Made by a program: the position numbers and the translations under genes | IMG/VR virus record: IMGVR_UViG_3300020057_000041 | Coordinates: 3,455-67,454 of that record | Length of the DNA: 64,000 nucleotides | Direction: 5' to 3' (one strand) | Source of the DNA: a virus | Notes under the pieces: generated by a model | Databases searched by the model: none | What the model was told of the DNA's origin: nothing | The model's input: the letters and a program-made list of their open reading frames with translations, nothing else | Shown: piece by piece, positions 44,877 to 54,064 of the stretch | How positions within the stretch are numbered: position 1 is the first letter of the stretch | Layout of the letters: each line of letters starts with the position of its first letter

Positions 44877-46693
44877 TACAGCCTCCTTTGAAGTTCTACG
44901 GGCTCATGTTCCATCGAGTCGACATCGCACGTCGGGCCGGTACCGGAGAATCCGAAGGACCAGAATTCAGCCTTCAGCCCCTTGCCGTACTTGACCCGGT
45001 GCGCCTGCGCAGTGCTGCCGCGCACGATCGTTGCCGCATAGGTTTCATCTGCGGCCTCGCCAATCGACACGCTGGCGGTCACGTTCGGACCCAGGCGCCC
45101 GTGGATGAAGCCCTCGCGTACCTGCTTCTTTTGCCGGCTGCCAAACCCGGTGATCGCGGTCTTCCAGTCCCACGGCACAGCGGTCGGTGTGGCCGCGTAG
45201 TCGGTCGCGCCCCCCAGCAGGTAGACCCCGCCAGACTTGAAGCCGTAGTAGCTGTCCTGGTGGCGAACGATGTAGTCGAACTCGTAGTTGGTGTACCGGG
45301 TGACCTGGTTGGGCATGCTCTCGCCCGGCATCAGGTTGACCGCGTAGGCCTCGTAGGTGACTGCGACAACCGCGCTGCCTCTGGCCACGATGGTCGGGAA
45401 CGGGATCACGACAAAAGCCCTGCCATTGGGCACCGACTGGAGCATCGGTATCAGGACGTAGGCGTTTATCACGATGCCCGCTGTGCCGATCGCCGAGATC
45501 TGCGGGAACGGAATCGTGACCAGCGCCTGCATGATTGCGCCGACGGTGGCCGACGCAGATGCGGTGAAGGCCGGCACCGTGACCTCTGCATTGCCGCCGC
45601 CTTTGGCATCGATCTGCGGGAATGGGATCACGACGCTTGCCGTCATGCGCTCGGTGCCAGTCAGGCGCGCGATGATCTGCGGGAACGGGATGACAACACT
45701 CGCCGTTATCCGCACCGGCACCGTCATCGACGCTTCTATGACCGGGAACGGGATCGTGACCGCAGCGCGTGCGCCTGCCAGAGCGACGATCTGCGGGAAC
45801 GGGATCACGACGGCGGCAGCGCGCTCGCCCGTAGCGTCATGCCCTTGGGCCAGGATTTGCGGGAACGGTATCGTTACCTCAGCGTTACCACCAGCGGCTG
45901 CGGAGATCGTGGGCGCGGGTATTGAGGCGTCCACCAATCCGCCGCCATACCCCACTGCCGTCGGGAAAGGGATCGTGACGGCGGCAGTGCCGGTGCCGGG
46001 TGGCATGACCTCGAACAGATCGAACGTTGGCGTGTAGTTTCCTGTCTCGCCAGCGCTACCCTTGAGGATTTCAAGGCCGTCGACGAAGCCGTTCAACTCC
46101 AAAGGGAAGGCGCTGGAGTACCGACCAACCCGCAGAAGTCGGCCAGCTACCGTGCCGACGGCGCCGGGGTAGTTGGTCGTTGCAGCATCAGTGGTGCCGT
46201 TCAGGCGCAAAGACACATCGCCCGCCGCAGTGCGCGCAACCTCGATGGGATACCAGGTGTTTATTGCGAGCGTGGTGGCGCCGGTAAGTGTCCGCCTCAG
46301 ACTGTTGGTGCTGTCATAGAACCTGAATTCCAGTTTCCCAGCCGCTGTAACGGACACCCAGAATGGAAGCTCAGCGTCTGTAGATGCCGCCGCCGTCGTA
46401 TATGCAAGGGCCACCCGCGCAGTGCTAATCGCGTTAAGCCAGAGCCACAAGCGAATACGAAACGCTCCAGTACCGAAATCGAAATCGGCGTGCTGTGCGT
46501 ACTCAAGATAATCGCCCGATCCGTCAGTTGCAAGAGACTTCGCCCCCGACTTGAACTGCGTCGCGCTGTTGACAGCACCACCGACCACTGTCGGCGTTTT
46601 TGGCGTCGGACTGATGTCCGTGAACGTGGTGGCACTCGGGTCCTCGAAGTTGAGCAGGAGCGACGATTGCCAGTAGTAGGGATGGACTGCCAT
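44876..46693 (-). CDS. tail protein with LamG/concanavalin-like domain and IPFP repeats
   Basis: SLLLNFE...FDFGTGAF...WLWL...NGFVDGLEILKG, then about 12 repeats of AxV(T/V)IPFPQIxA. Confidence 0.75.
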   Translation of the reverse strand: MAVHPYYWQSSLLLNFEDPSATTFTDISPTPKTPTVVGGAVNSATQFKSGAKSLATDGSGDYLEYAQHADFDFGTGAFRIRLWLWLNAISTARVALAYTTAAASTDAELPFWVSVTAAGKLEFRFYDSTNSLRRTLTGATTLAINTWYPIEVARTAAGDVSLRLNGTTDAATTNYPGAVGTVAGRLLRVGRYSSAFPLELNGFVDGLEILKGSAGETGNYTPTFDLFEVMPPGTGTAAVTIPFPTAVGYGGGLVDASIPAPTISAAAGGNAEVTIPFPQILAQGHDATGERAAAVVIPFPQIVALAGARAAVTIPFPVIEASMTVPVRITASVVIPFPQIIARLTGTERMTASVVIPFPQIDAKGGGNAEVTVPAFTASASATVGAIMQALVTIPFPQISAIGTAGIVINAYVLIPMLQSVPNGRAFVVIPFPTIVARGSAVVAVTYEAYAVNLMPGESMPNQVTRYTNYEFDYIVRHQDSYYGFKSGGVYLLGGATDYAATPTAVPWDWKTAITGFGSRQKKQVREGFIHGRLGPNVTASVSIGEAADETYAATIVRGSTAQAHRVKYGKGLKAEFWSFGFSGTGPTCDVDSMEHEPVELQRRL

Positions 46694-46703
46694 GATTTTC
46701 CTT

Positions 46704-49040
46704 TCAGACCCAGCCCACCAGAACGGCAACGTCTGGGGTTCTACTATTCATGCCAACGGCAGGGATGATGTTTCCCGGCGCGTATGCGACCGGGGTGTCA
46801 CTTCTTGTGCCCGTCAGTGTGTACATCGCAACCCCCTCAACAATATCTTCTGCGGCGTTATGAAACTGCGATAAGTTGGTGAACACAGCGTCCACCGACG
46901 GCCCCTTCCACACGAATTTAGAGAGGGAGAACGGGATGGTGTTTGTCGGGGATGCGTAGTAGGGCCAACCCCCGTTATCTACGACCGACATTACTGCGAT
47001 ATTTGCAGGACCATTCACGTCCCATCCGTAGAACTCGATGTTTCCGCTGCTGGTGTCGTTCCTGCGCGCCCAGTTCCCAAGGGTTACCCCAGCGCTCGAC
47101 GACCATGTGTCGTCTTTGTAAACATAGTCTGTGCGGCTTTCGTATTTCTCAGCCTCCATGTATATGGATTCAGCGTCGTAGAACGGGACGCAGATAGTCG
47201 CACGGGACTCGTACCTGTCGTAATAGGTGTGCCGCTTGTACACCACGCTCCAGTGCTGCGAAGGGGTGGCGTCGGATATTGATGTCACGAGAACCTGCGT
47301 GTAGTTAGACCCGGGCGTGGGAGTTACTGAGTAGGCGGCGCCAACCTCACTGGGCCCCGCTATTGCATCGCCTGATGGGACATACCATCCGCTTGGGCTA
47401 AAGCCAGGACTGCCAAAACCTGCAACCCATGAAAGCATCGTCCTTGTAGATAGCGTGGCACCGTCTGCGGTAGAACTGTGCAGGGTATGGAGGTCGGGCA
47501 GCGTTACATCCCCGCACGTAAATGTGCCCGAGAGGTAAGCAGTGTCCGGTACGTGGTCTTCGTAGAACCCGCCATCAGTTTTGAATGTCCTGTGCTGGGA
47601 CGGATTATCGCCGTATGAGCTACTGTCGTGGTAGTACGGGGACATCAGCCGATAGCGACCAACCAATGGTATGGAATCTATCTGCACCCGGAGAACTTTC
47701 AAATCGTCCCTGGCGTAGAACGCATAGATTGGGGCGTCCGACGCTGCGGGGTTTGAGAACTTCGGCGTGAGTCTGCGTTGCAGGTACGTTCCCCAGTCCG
47801 GTCCCGTTATGGCCCATTCGCCGCGATTGACAGACCATTGAGTCGGGCCTTCCACGACAGACTCAGATACTTGAAATTTGGCGTCAGAGACACGCTCGAC
47901 GGTGAGCCTGCGGTGCGTAGACACCATGCCGTAGAAAAGACCAAGCTGCAGGTAGGTGTCGTGTTCCACCGCATCCGCCAGTAATCCGTCCCAGTTCCAG
48001 TGCCAGCTATACCCGAGCGAGTACGCCTCTCGCACCTGTCCTTGGAGGTATGGCGTGCCGGCGGCGTCAGTGCCAATACCGCTTGGAAGACTTTGCGAGA
48101 GGATGTAGGTCTCCAAGTGCTCCATATCCTCTGTGTTCAGAACTTCGATGTTTGGGTCTCTATCCTCGGTGACGAGGTACTTGCGCAAACTCTCGCCGAA
48201 AGCGGAAGCCTTGAGCGGGTAGCCTGCCGTCCAACCGGTGAACCTGAACAGCCAGTGCTTGCCGGTCTTGGGGTCCAGGTACACGCCAGCGCTCGAGCCT
48301 ACGAATATGGCGTCCAAGCTGCTGACCTTGTTGTTGATCATGAGGGCCGGTCGCGCGCCTGTCGATATGTCGATGATGTCGTACGGCATATGCGACGTCT
48401 GCTTACCGTCTTTGCCGGTGTACAGGTGCGCGCCGTACAGGGCCTGAATGTACAGACGACAGCGACCGGTGAACATGGACGCTGGGCAGAGAACTGAAAT
48501 TTGCTTTTTGCGGTGCAGCCCGTCATCGGCGGGGTTGCTGATGTAGACAGGCGGAACCGACGCGTCAAGAATTCTGTTAGGGCTGAACGACAACGCGTTC
48601 TGGTCATCGTTTGGGACCTGACCGAAGAAAACTTTCAGCCCTGTGCGCTGAACAATTCCGGAAAACTGCCCTCTAGAAGGTATTGGCTTTGCATTCGGAG
48701 TCCTCAGCCGTGGAGGCAGCCCACTTACAGGCAGTACAAATGTCGCGTTGTAGGCGGCGACATAGGTGGTCTCGTAAAGAGTCCCGGCAGTGTACCTGGC
48801 GGGAACGGCTGGGAGGATGCTCAAGACTTGCACTACGCCACTGTCCATGTGCAGCGGCGTGTTGCCGCCCCCCTTGATGTGGATGAAGTCGATGTCGTCG
48901 ATGATCTGGACGCGCACCGTGGCGTCGGGGAACACAAGCCGCTTGGTGGCGTAGGGAAGCCCCGTCGCCCTCAAGCGTTTGATTTCACTGCGGGCAAGCG
49001 GAAGGTACTGCTCCCCGCCCTCGATCAAGCGATGTTCCAT
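46704..49040 (-). CDS. large tail-region protein
   Basis: 778-aa ORF, beta-rich and aromatic-rich, in the structural operon. Confidence 0.65.
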   Translation of the reverse strand: MEHRLIEGGEQYLPLARSEIKRLRATGLPYATKRLVFPDATVRVQIIDDIDFIHIKGGGNTPLHMDSGVVQVLSILPAVPARYTAGTLYETTYVAAYNATFVLPVSGLPPRLRTPNAKPIPSRGQFSGIVQRTGLKVFFGQVPNDDQNALSFSPNRILDASVPPVYISNPADDGLHRKKQISVLCPASMFTGRCRLYIQALYGAHLYTGKDGKQTSHMPYDIIDISTGARPALMINNKVSSLDAIFVGSSAGVYLDPKTGKHWLFRFTGWTAGYPLKASAFGESLRKYLVTEDRDPNIEVLNTEDMEHLETYILSQSLPSGIGTDAAGTPYLQGQVREAYSLGYSWHWNWDGLLADAVEHDTYLQLGLFYGMVSTHRRLTVERVSDAKFQVSESVVEGPTQWSVNRGEWAITGPDWGTYLQRRLTPKFSNPAASDAPIYAFYARDDLKVLRVQIDSIPLVGRYRLMSPYYHDSSSYGDNPSQHRTFKTDGGFYEDHVPDTAYLSGTFTCGDVTLPDLHTLHSSTADGATLSTRTMLSWVAGFGSPGFSPSGWYVPSGDAIAGPSEVGAAYSVTPTPGSNYTQVLVTSISDATPSQHWSVVYKRHTYYDRYESRATICVPFYDAESIYMEAEKYESRTDYVYKDDTWSSSAGVTLGNWARRNDTSSGNIEFYGWDVNGPANIAVMSVVDNGGWPYYASPTNTIPFSLSKFVWKGPSVDAVFTNLSQFHNAAEDIVEGVAMYTLTGTRSDTPVAYAPGNIIPAVGMNSRTPDVAVLVGWV

Positions 49041-49046
49041 CAGTCA

Positions 49047-49823
49047 TCACGCAGCCGGCATGGTGATCTGGAAGGTGTCAAGCGTCACTGGCAGGCCGAC
49101 GACGATAGCCAGCGTGGACAGCTGGAAGTCGCCCGACCCGACGCCGCACGAGCCGTCCAAGCGCGGGTAGAAAGGCGCCCCGGAGATAACCGCACCAGAG
49201 TCGTTGCCGTTGCTGGAGAAGAACCGGCCCCAGCCTGCGGTGCCAGCGGCGACACCCACGCCGCTCCAGACCTGCGTGGTGGGCTTGGCAATCACACCTG
49301 TCAGCGGGGACGCCAGGAACAGGCCGTTGAGCGGTTTGACTCCTGCGATGCCTGAGCCCATGTTCACCAGTGTTCCGACAGTCAGGGTAGTGCCACTGCC
49401 CGAGACCGCAGCGGTCGTAACCCCCGTGCCGCGGCGACCTTGGAGCGTGACCGTTGCAGCCGAGACCGTTGCCTCAAACATGCCGTTGCGGTTGATCGCG
49501 TCAGCCACATCAGATGCGGTCTGGTTCAAGGTGGTGTTGAACGGGACTGTGCTATCAGGGATGATGTTCAGACCGCCGACCGTGATCGTATCGATGCTTC
49601 CAGATGCGCCAGCGATCGTGAACGACCCGGTTGCCCGCGTCTCCTTGGTCAGGGCGCCGGAGCTCGCCGACAGAGTGAGCAGCAGCGTGCCTGAGAACAC
49701 CGCATCAGCCGTTGCGGGTTGACTACCGGAGTAGATGCTGATGTAGCCACGATTCAGGGCGCCAGCAAAGCCGACGCTTTGGGCCAATGCGTTACGCAGG
49801 CCGGTTGAAAATCTCCACGTCAT
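49047..49823 (-). CDS. virion structural protein
   Basis: RFSTGLRNAL...IYSGSQPATAD...GTAGWGRF...RLDGSCG; related in pattern to 29370..29777. Confidence 0.7.
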   Translation of the reverse strand: MTWRFSTGLRNALAQSVGFAGALNRGYISIYSGSQPATADAVFSGTLLLTLSASSGALTKETRATGSFTIAGASGSIDTITVGGLNIIPDSTVPFNTTLNQTASDVADAINRNGMFEATVSAATVTLQGRRGTGVTTAAVSGSGTTLTVGTLVNMGSGIAGVKPLNGLFLASPLTGVIAKPTTQVWSGVGVAAGTAGWGRFFSSNGNDSGAVISGAPFYPRLDGSCGVGSGDFQLSTLAIVVGLPVTLDTFQITMPAA

Positions 49824-49835
49824 AGCGATACTCCT

Positions 49836-51002
49836 TCAAATACGTTGGTTAAAAGCCGTGCCGCCCCGGTGAAGGGAAACGACAAAACGTCGCTGTCCGT
49901 CGCGCTCGATCACCGATGCGCCGGCTTGGACTCCGGGGGCGACCGATAGGTGGCCCTGTGTGAGGTTGGTGAACGGCATCGCACGGCACATGCCGCGAAG
50001 CGTCCAGAACACGATCGATCCCGCCGCGTCCGTCGCCCAATGCCGACCGGGCACCGTGCCGTAGTCGGCAAGCAGCTGCAAACCCTCGGAGGTCAGTGCG
50101 TAAATCTCTGTGCGCGTGCCGATCACCAGTGCGCCCGGTGTTGGAGCGAGCATCACGATCTCGCCGGGGATGGCGTGAAAGTCGGTGGATAGGTCGAACA
50201 GGTGAAAGCCCAGCGGCTGCGAGTGCCACAGCGCCGTCATGCCGTCGCCGGCCATGTACTGCGCTGCGTAGGCCCGGCCCGACCAGAATGCAATCACGGT
50301 TGCATCGGTTGGGAGCGGGTCCATGCCATCCGTTGCCAGATCAAAGCCCAGAGACTCGGTTGGCGCGTTCCAGACCATGGCTGCCGCGCTGTCGTAGCTG
50401 GCAAGTTGGAAAACGCTGGAGTTGGCAGGGGCGATGTAGACGCGGGTGCTGTTCGGGGCGTCGAGGTGGATGCCGCTGATCTGCAAAGCCTCGCCCTCAA
50501 GGATCTCGAATTCGCTGGGCTCGCTGGGCCCGGTCTCGCGCCCGTCGGGCAGGACGAAGGTCGTCACCACCCGGTACAGGCCAGCGTCCAGCGTCCCGGC
50601 AACTGCGGCCAGCGTCACCGGATGCGGGACCGTCCAGCGCCACGGGATCACCGAGTTGTCGCCCAGGATGATCCCGGAGTCCACGCCGTTGTTGTAGAAC
50701 GCCTCGCGGTTGACCTCGGCCCAGTGCAAATACGCCGAACTTGTGATCGTGGTCACATTGGCGCCGGCCAGGGTCTTGACAGTGCCGTTGTCGACGTACC
50801 AGGCGCGTTGGAAATCTGCGCTGGAGAACGCTGACGTGATGCTGGTCCCGGCTGCGTGCAGCGAGTAACCCTCGCGCGCCTCGATGGCGCCGTCGCTGCG
50901 CACGTTGACGTTGTTGGCCGTGGACAGCCAGCCAAGACCCAGCCTGAGAGGGTCAGCCGTGGTGTTCAGGCCTCGAAAGGCGGTGACGTTTGAGGGTTTC
51001 AC
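49836..51002 (-). CDS. putative tail tubular/nozzle protein
   Basis: FRGLNT...ANNVNVRSDG...REGY start typical of podovirus stabilisation proteins; position after the adaptor. Confidence 0.6.
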   Translation of the reverse strand: MKPSNVTAFRGLNTTADPLRLGLGWLSTANNVNVRSDGAIEAREGYSLHAAGTSITSAFSSADFQRAWYVDNGTVKTLAGANVTTITSSAYLHWAEVNREAFYNNGVDSGIILGDNSVIPWRWTVPHPVTLAAVAGTLDAGLYRVVTTFVLPDGRETGPSEPSEFEILEGEALQISGIHLDAPNSTRVYIAPANSSVFQLASYDSAAAMVWNAPTESLGFDLATDGMDPLPTDATVIAFWSGRAYAAQYMAGDGMTALWHSQPLGFHLFDLSTDFHAIPGEIVMLAPTPGALVIGTRTEIYALTSEGLQLLADYGTVPGRHWATDAAGSIVFWTLRGMCRAMPFTNLTQGHLSVAPGVQAGASVIERDGQRRFVVSLHRGGTAFNQRI

Positions 51003-51042
51003 GGCGCCGATGGTCGCGCCGTCTACCTCATTTGGCTAACAT

Positions 51043-51054
51043 TGCCGGGGGCAA
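51043..51054 (-). promoter_or_regulatory. late-promoter activator site
   Basis: TTGCCCCCGGCA-atgt-TAGCCA-17nt-GACCAT-7nt-GTG. Confidence 0.75.
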
Positions 51055-51057
51055 AGC

Positions 51058-51720
51058 CTAGTAGACACCCTCATCGGTCTCGTACCCGTGCTCGCGCTCG
51101 ATCCACGATTCGTCCTGCGCGGTGGAGCGCCGGCCAAACTCGGACTCGAACATGGCCAGGCATTCGGATGCCTTCTTGGGGCTGTAGATCTCCGAGTCCT
51201 CTTTCGAGTAGGCCCGGTACAGCATCCACTCGACCAGCATGCGGTGATGGCGCGACCTGATTTCGGGTTCTTCGTCGCCGTCGGTCATGGACACCAGCGG
51301 CATGCGCACCACAGTGAGTTTTGCCGTGTAGCTTGCATCCGGTGTTGGGTACGGGCGAAGCACACCGTCCTCCATGTCCGGCACGTAGCCGCGCGGCTGC
51401 CCGGTCTCGGTCTCCCAATCGGGGGCGCCGACATCGAGCGTCTTGCGGCTGACCCGGTACAGGACAGGCGTGATGGTGGACAGTTTGACCCGGCGCACGA
51501 ACAGCACCCGGTCATCGAGGTCGTAGGTTGCCGTGCCACTGACCAGAGCAATTTGGCAGATGGCCGCCGTCGTGGAGTCCAGGATCAGCCGGGAGCGCCG
51601 ACATGCCTCGTCCTGCGCCTCGTTGGCAAAGTCAAAGTATTCGGCCTTGGAGATTCGGTAGTCCTCCACCAGATCGTCGGAGCGGCGCCGGGCCAGCTTG
51701 ATCATTTCTGAGAGCGTCAT
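51058..51720 (-). CDS. head-tail adaptor protein
   Basis: MTLSEMI...NEAQDEACRR...LRPYPTPD...LVEWMLYRAYSK. Confidence 0.75.
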   Translation of the reverse strand: MTLSEMIKLARRRSDDLVEDYRISKAEYFDFANEAQDEACRRSRLILDSTTAAICQIALVSGTATYDLDDRVLFVRRVKLSTITPVLYRVSRKTLDVGAPDWETETGQPRGYVPDMEDGVLRPYPTPDASYTAKLTVVRMPLVSMTDGDEEPEIRSRHHRMLVEWMLYRAYSKEDSEIYSPKKASECLAMFESEFGRRSTAQDESWIEREHGYETDEGVY

Positions 51721-53315
51721 AGGTGACTCCGTTTGTACTGTTGGTAGGCTGCGTGTATCGCCTCAAACACCAGCTTGGGGTCGATGTTCTTTTGGCACAC
51801 GGCCGCACCGGTTGCCGCGTCCTCATGGCAGAACTGGCGCGTGTAGTGCAGGCGGTGACAGGGGTAGCAATCGGTGCTGGCAGGCGCCAAGACCGCTGTG
51901 TTGACCCAGTGCTTGGTCAGGTTTTCGTGGGACGAGTGCGACAGCATGATCACCTTGGGGACCTGCTCGAACGCCACGGCATTGAGCGTTCCGGTCTCGG
52001 GCCCGACCACGCAATCGGCCACCTGGGCCAGAGCGAGGCTGTCGCGCACATCCATCTCGCCCGATGTGCACCGCACGCGGGGCTCTTTCTCCCACCCCGA
52101 TTCGAGGATTTTGCAGGCTATGTCCCCACTGAACACGATCACAGCCTCTGGGATGGAGCGCATCACGTTTGCGATGACCTCGTCCTGGGCCGGGTAGAAC
52201 TTGTGGATGCTCGAGCCTGCAAGGCACCAAAGGATGTTGAACCGTGGCGGGGCGCGCATGCCGATCTTGAGCGGACCGGCCAGCGTGTTCTTGATGTCGG
52301 CCAGATACGCCTTGGCCTTGAGTGTTTCGTCCTCGGATGCGTAGAACCGGGCCTCCGATCGGTACGGGATCTGCGCCAGCTTGGCGGTGAATTCGAGGTA
52401 GTTCTGCCCCAGCAGCTCGCGGCGCAGATTGTCGGGCCACAGGTGATTCGCCCGGCCCGGCATGGCCAGAAGCGTGCCCTCGACCGACTCGGACAGGTTG
52501 ATGAACCGATCGAACCGCGTGGCCTGCACTGCCCAGAAGTCGGCCAGTTCCTGGTTCACGACTTGGTCGACATCTTGCATGAAGAACGCGTCGATGTGCG
52601 GGTCATGCTTGACGATGTCGTGCCCGCGTGGGGTCGTCATCATGGTCACGTGGAACCCTTGGCGCTTCAATTCGGGCAGGATGTTGGAGCTTTGCAGCAT
52701 ATCCCCGAAGCCGCCATATCTGACCACGCATGCGGTCTTGGCCGGCTTGGGCTCGTAGCCGCTGCGCGAGTGCAGGGAGCAGTTCTGCTTGCCCTTTTGG
52801 AACACTTGCAGGAACGAATACTCGGTGCCTTCGTTGCGTTCTTCTTCGACCAGCATGTCCCACGAGCCCGGCAGTCTCGCCATGGCCTGCTGAATGTCCA
52901 GCGGGATGAAGTCGTGCACGTGATCGGGATTGGACCCATACGTGCCGATGTTGGGGTAGAACGCCTTGTGCGGGAGGTACAGCACGAGGTGCCCGCCCAC
53001 CTTGATCTTGCTCCACCAGTTGGCCAGCGCCGCCCGGTAGTCTTCGATGTGCTCGAGCAAGTGGCTGGAGAAAATGAAGTCGAGGTCGCCGTCCTCGATG
53101 AAGTCCAGATTGGTCGCGTCATCGCACACGACGTCGGGCTTCATCTCGATGCCGAACAGTTCCGTGTCCTTGCAGCTGTCCACACCAATCATGTGTGGGT
53201 AGGTCTTCTTTGGGCCACAGCCCAGATCGATGCCTTTGCCGCGCGTGTAGGGGACGATCAGGTACTTGATCTTGTCCGACTCGCCGCCCTGGGGGTCATC
53301 TATGCGCCAGGTCAT
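51717..53315 (-). CDS. SAM-dependent methyltransferase fused to a GT9 (ADP-heptose transferase-like) glycosyltransferase
   Basis: N-terminus IDLGCG...DFIFSSHLLEH...IKVGGHLVLYLP. C-terminus VVRYGGFGDMLQ, ADCVVGPETGTLNAVA and CYPC...C...C, the GT9 RxxxxGD and D(T/S)G-like motifs. Confidence 0.85.
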   Translation of the reverse strand: MTWRIDDPQGGESDKIKYLIVPYTRGKGIDLGCGPKKTYPHMIGVDSCKDTELFGIEMKPDVVCDDATNLDFIEDGDLDFIFSSHLLEHIEDYRAALANWWSKIKVGGHLVLYLPHKAFYPNIGTYGSNPDHVHDFIPLDIQQAMARLPGSWDMLVEEERNEGTEYSFLQVFQKGKQNCSLHSRSGYEPKPAKTACVVRYGGFGDMLQSSNILPELKRQGFHVTMMTTPRGHDIVKHDPHIDAFFMQDVDQVVNQELADFWAVQATRFDRFINLSESVEGTLLAMPGRANHLWPDNLRRELLGQNYLEFTAKLAQIPYRSEARFYASEDETLKAKAYLADIKNTLAGPLKIGMRAPPRFNILWCLAGSSIHKFYPAQDEVIANVMRSIPEAVIVFSGDIACKILESGWEKEPRVRCTSGEMDVRDSLALAQVADCVVGPETGTLNAVAFEQVPKVIMLSHSSHENLTKHWVNTAVLAPASTDCYPCHRLHYTRQFCHEDAATGAAVCQKNIDPKLVFEAIHAAYQQYKRSHL

Positions 53316-53356
53316 CAGATCACCATTGGCCGGCTCTTGTCGAGTGCGGCCCCCAC

Positions 53357-53545
53357 TTATGCGCCTTCCTTACCGTCGCTCTTGGCTGCGTTGCCCATGC
53401 CGCCCTGGCGGTTGATCGCGTCACCGCTGAGGTCCGCGCCGTAGGTGTCGGTCACACCAGTCGTCACGCCCCGGTCAGGCAATGGCTTGGTGTCGCCTTG
53501 AATAACACCAGAGGGCTTGTACATTCCAGATTTCTTTTCGTCCAT
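53357..53545 (-). CDS. small hypothetical protein
   Basis: 62 aa; AAGGAG RBS. Confidence 0.55.
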   Translation of the reverse strand: MDEKKSGMYKPSGVIQGDTKPLPDRGVTTGVTDTYGADLSGDAINRQGGMGNAAKSDGKEGA

Positions 53546-53565
53546 GATTTCTCTCCTTCAAAATG

Positions 53566-53599
53566 AAAAAAGCGGAGCACCCGGTAAAGGACGCTCCGC
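53566..53599 (-). terminator. intrinsic terminator after the capsid genes
   Basis: GCGGAGCG..loop..TGCTCCGC-TTTTTT. Confidence 0.75.
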
Positions 53600-53633
53600 A
53601 TCAAGTGGCAACTGCTCTTACCAAACTGGCCGG

Positions 53634-53996
53634 TTACGACTGAACCGCGTCGTTGGTGACTTCGTACTCGTAGACGATGTGCCCGACACCTGTCGCATCG
53701 GCCAGCGACTTGACGGACAACTGCGCCATTGCCGCAATTTCGAGATTGAGCAGCGCAGAACTGGCGGACACGCCGGCAGCCGAAGTGCTCAAGGCAATCG
53801 CGCCGACCGACGTGGTGCCGTGGAACACGTTGTAGCCGTGAGTCGTTGCAGTGCCAGCAGTGATGACTGCGGCATGGACCTTTTTCAGCCGCATGGCCTG
53901 GAAGGATCGGAACTTGGCGCCCTCGGTAGTGGCTCCAGCAATAGTGATGCGGTCTACCTCGCGGCGGACCAAATAATCTGGGTCATCGTATGCCAT
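53634..53996 (-). CDS. putative capsid decoration/cement protein
   Basis: Small beta-rich protein directly after the major capsid gene; AAGGAG RBS. Confidence 0.6.
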   Translation of the reverse strand: MAYDDPDYLVRREVDRITIAGATTEGAKFRSFQAMRLKKVHAAVITAGTATTHGYNVFHGTTSVGAIALSTSAAGVSASSALLNLEIAAMAQLSVKSLADATGVGHIVYEYEVTNDAVQS

Positions 53997-54064
53997 GATT
54001 GGCTCCTTGATTGGTAGGTCATGAAGCCCTCCGAGCACGCGGCCCGAAGGGCAATGGGGTCACG

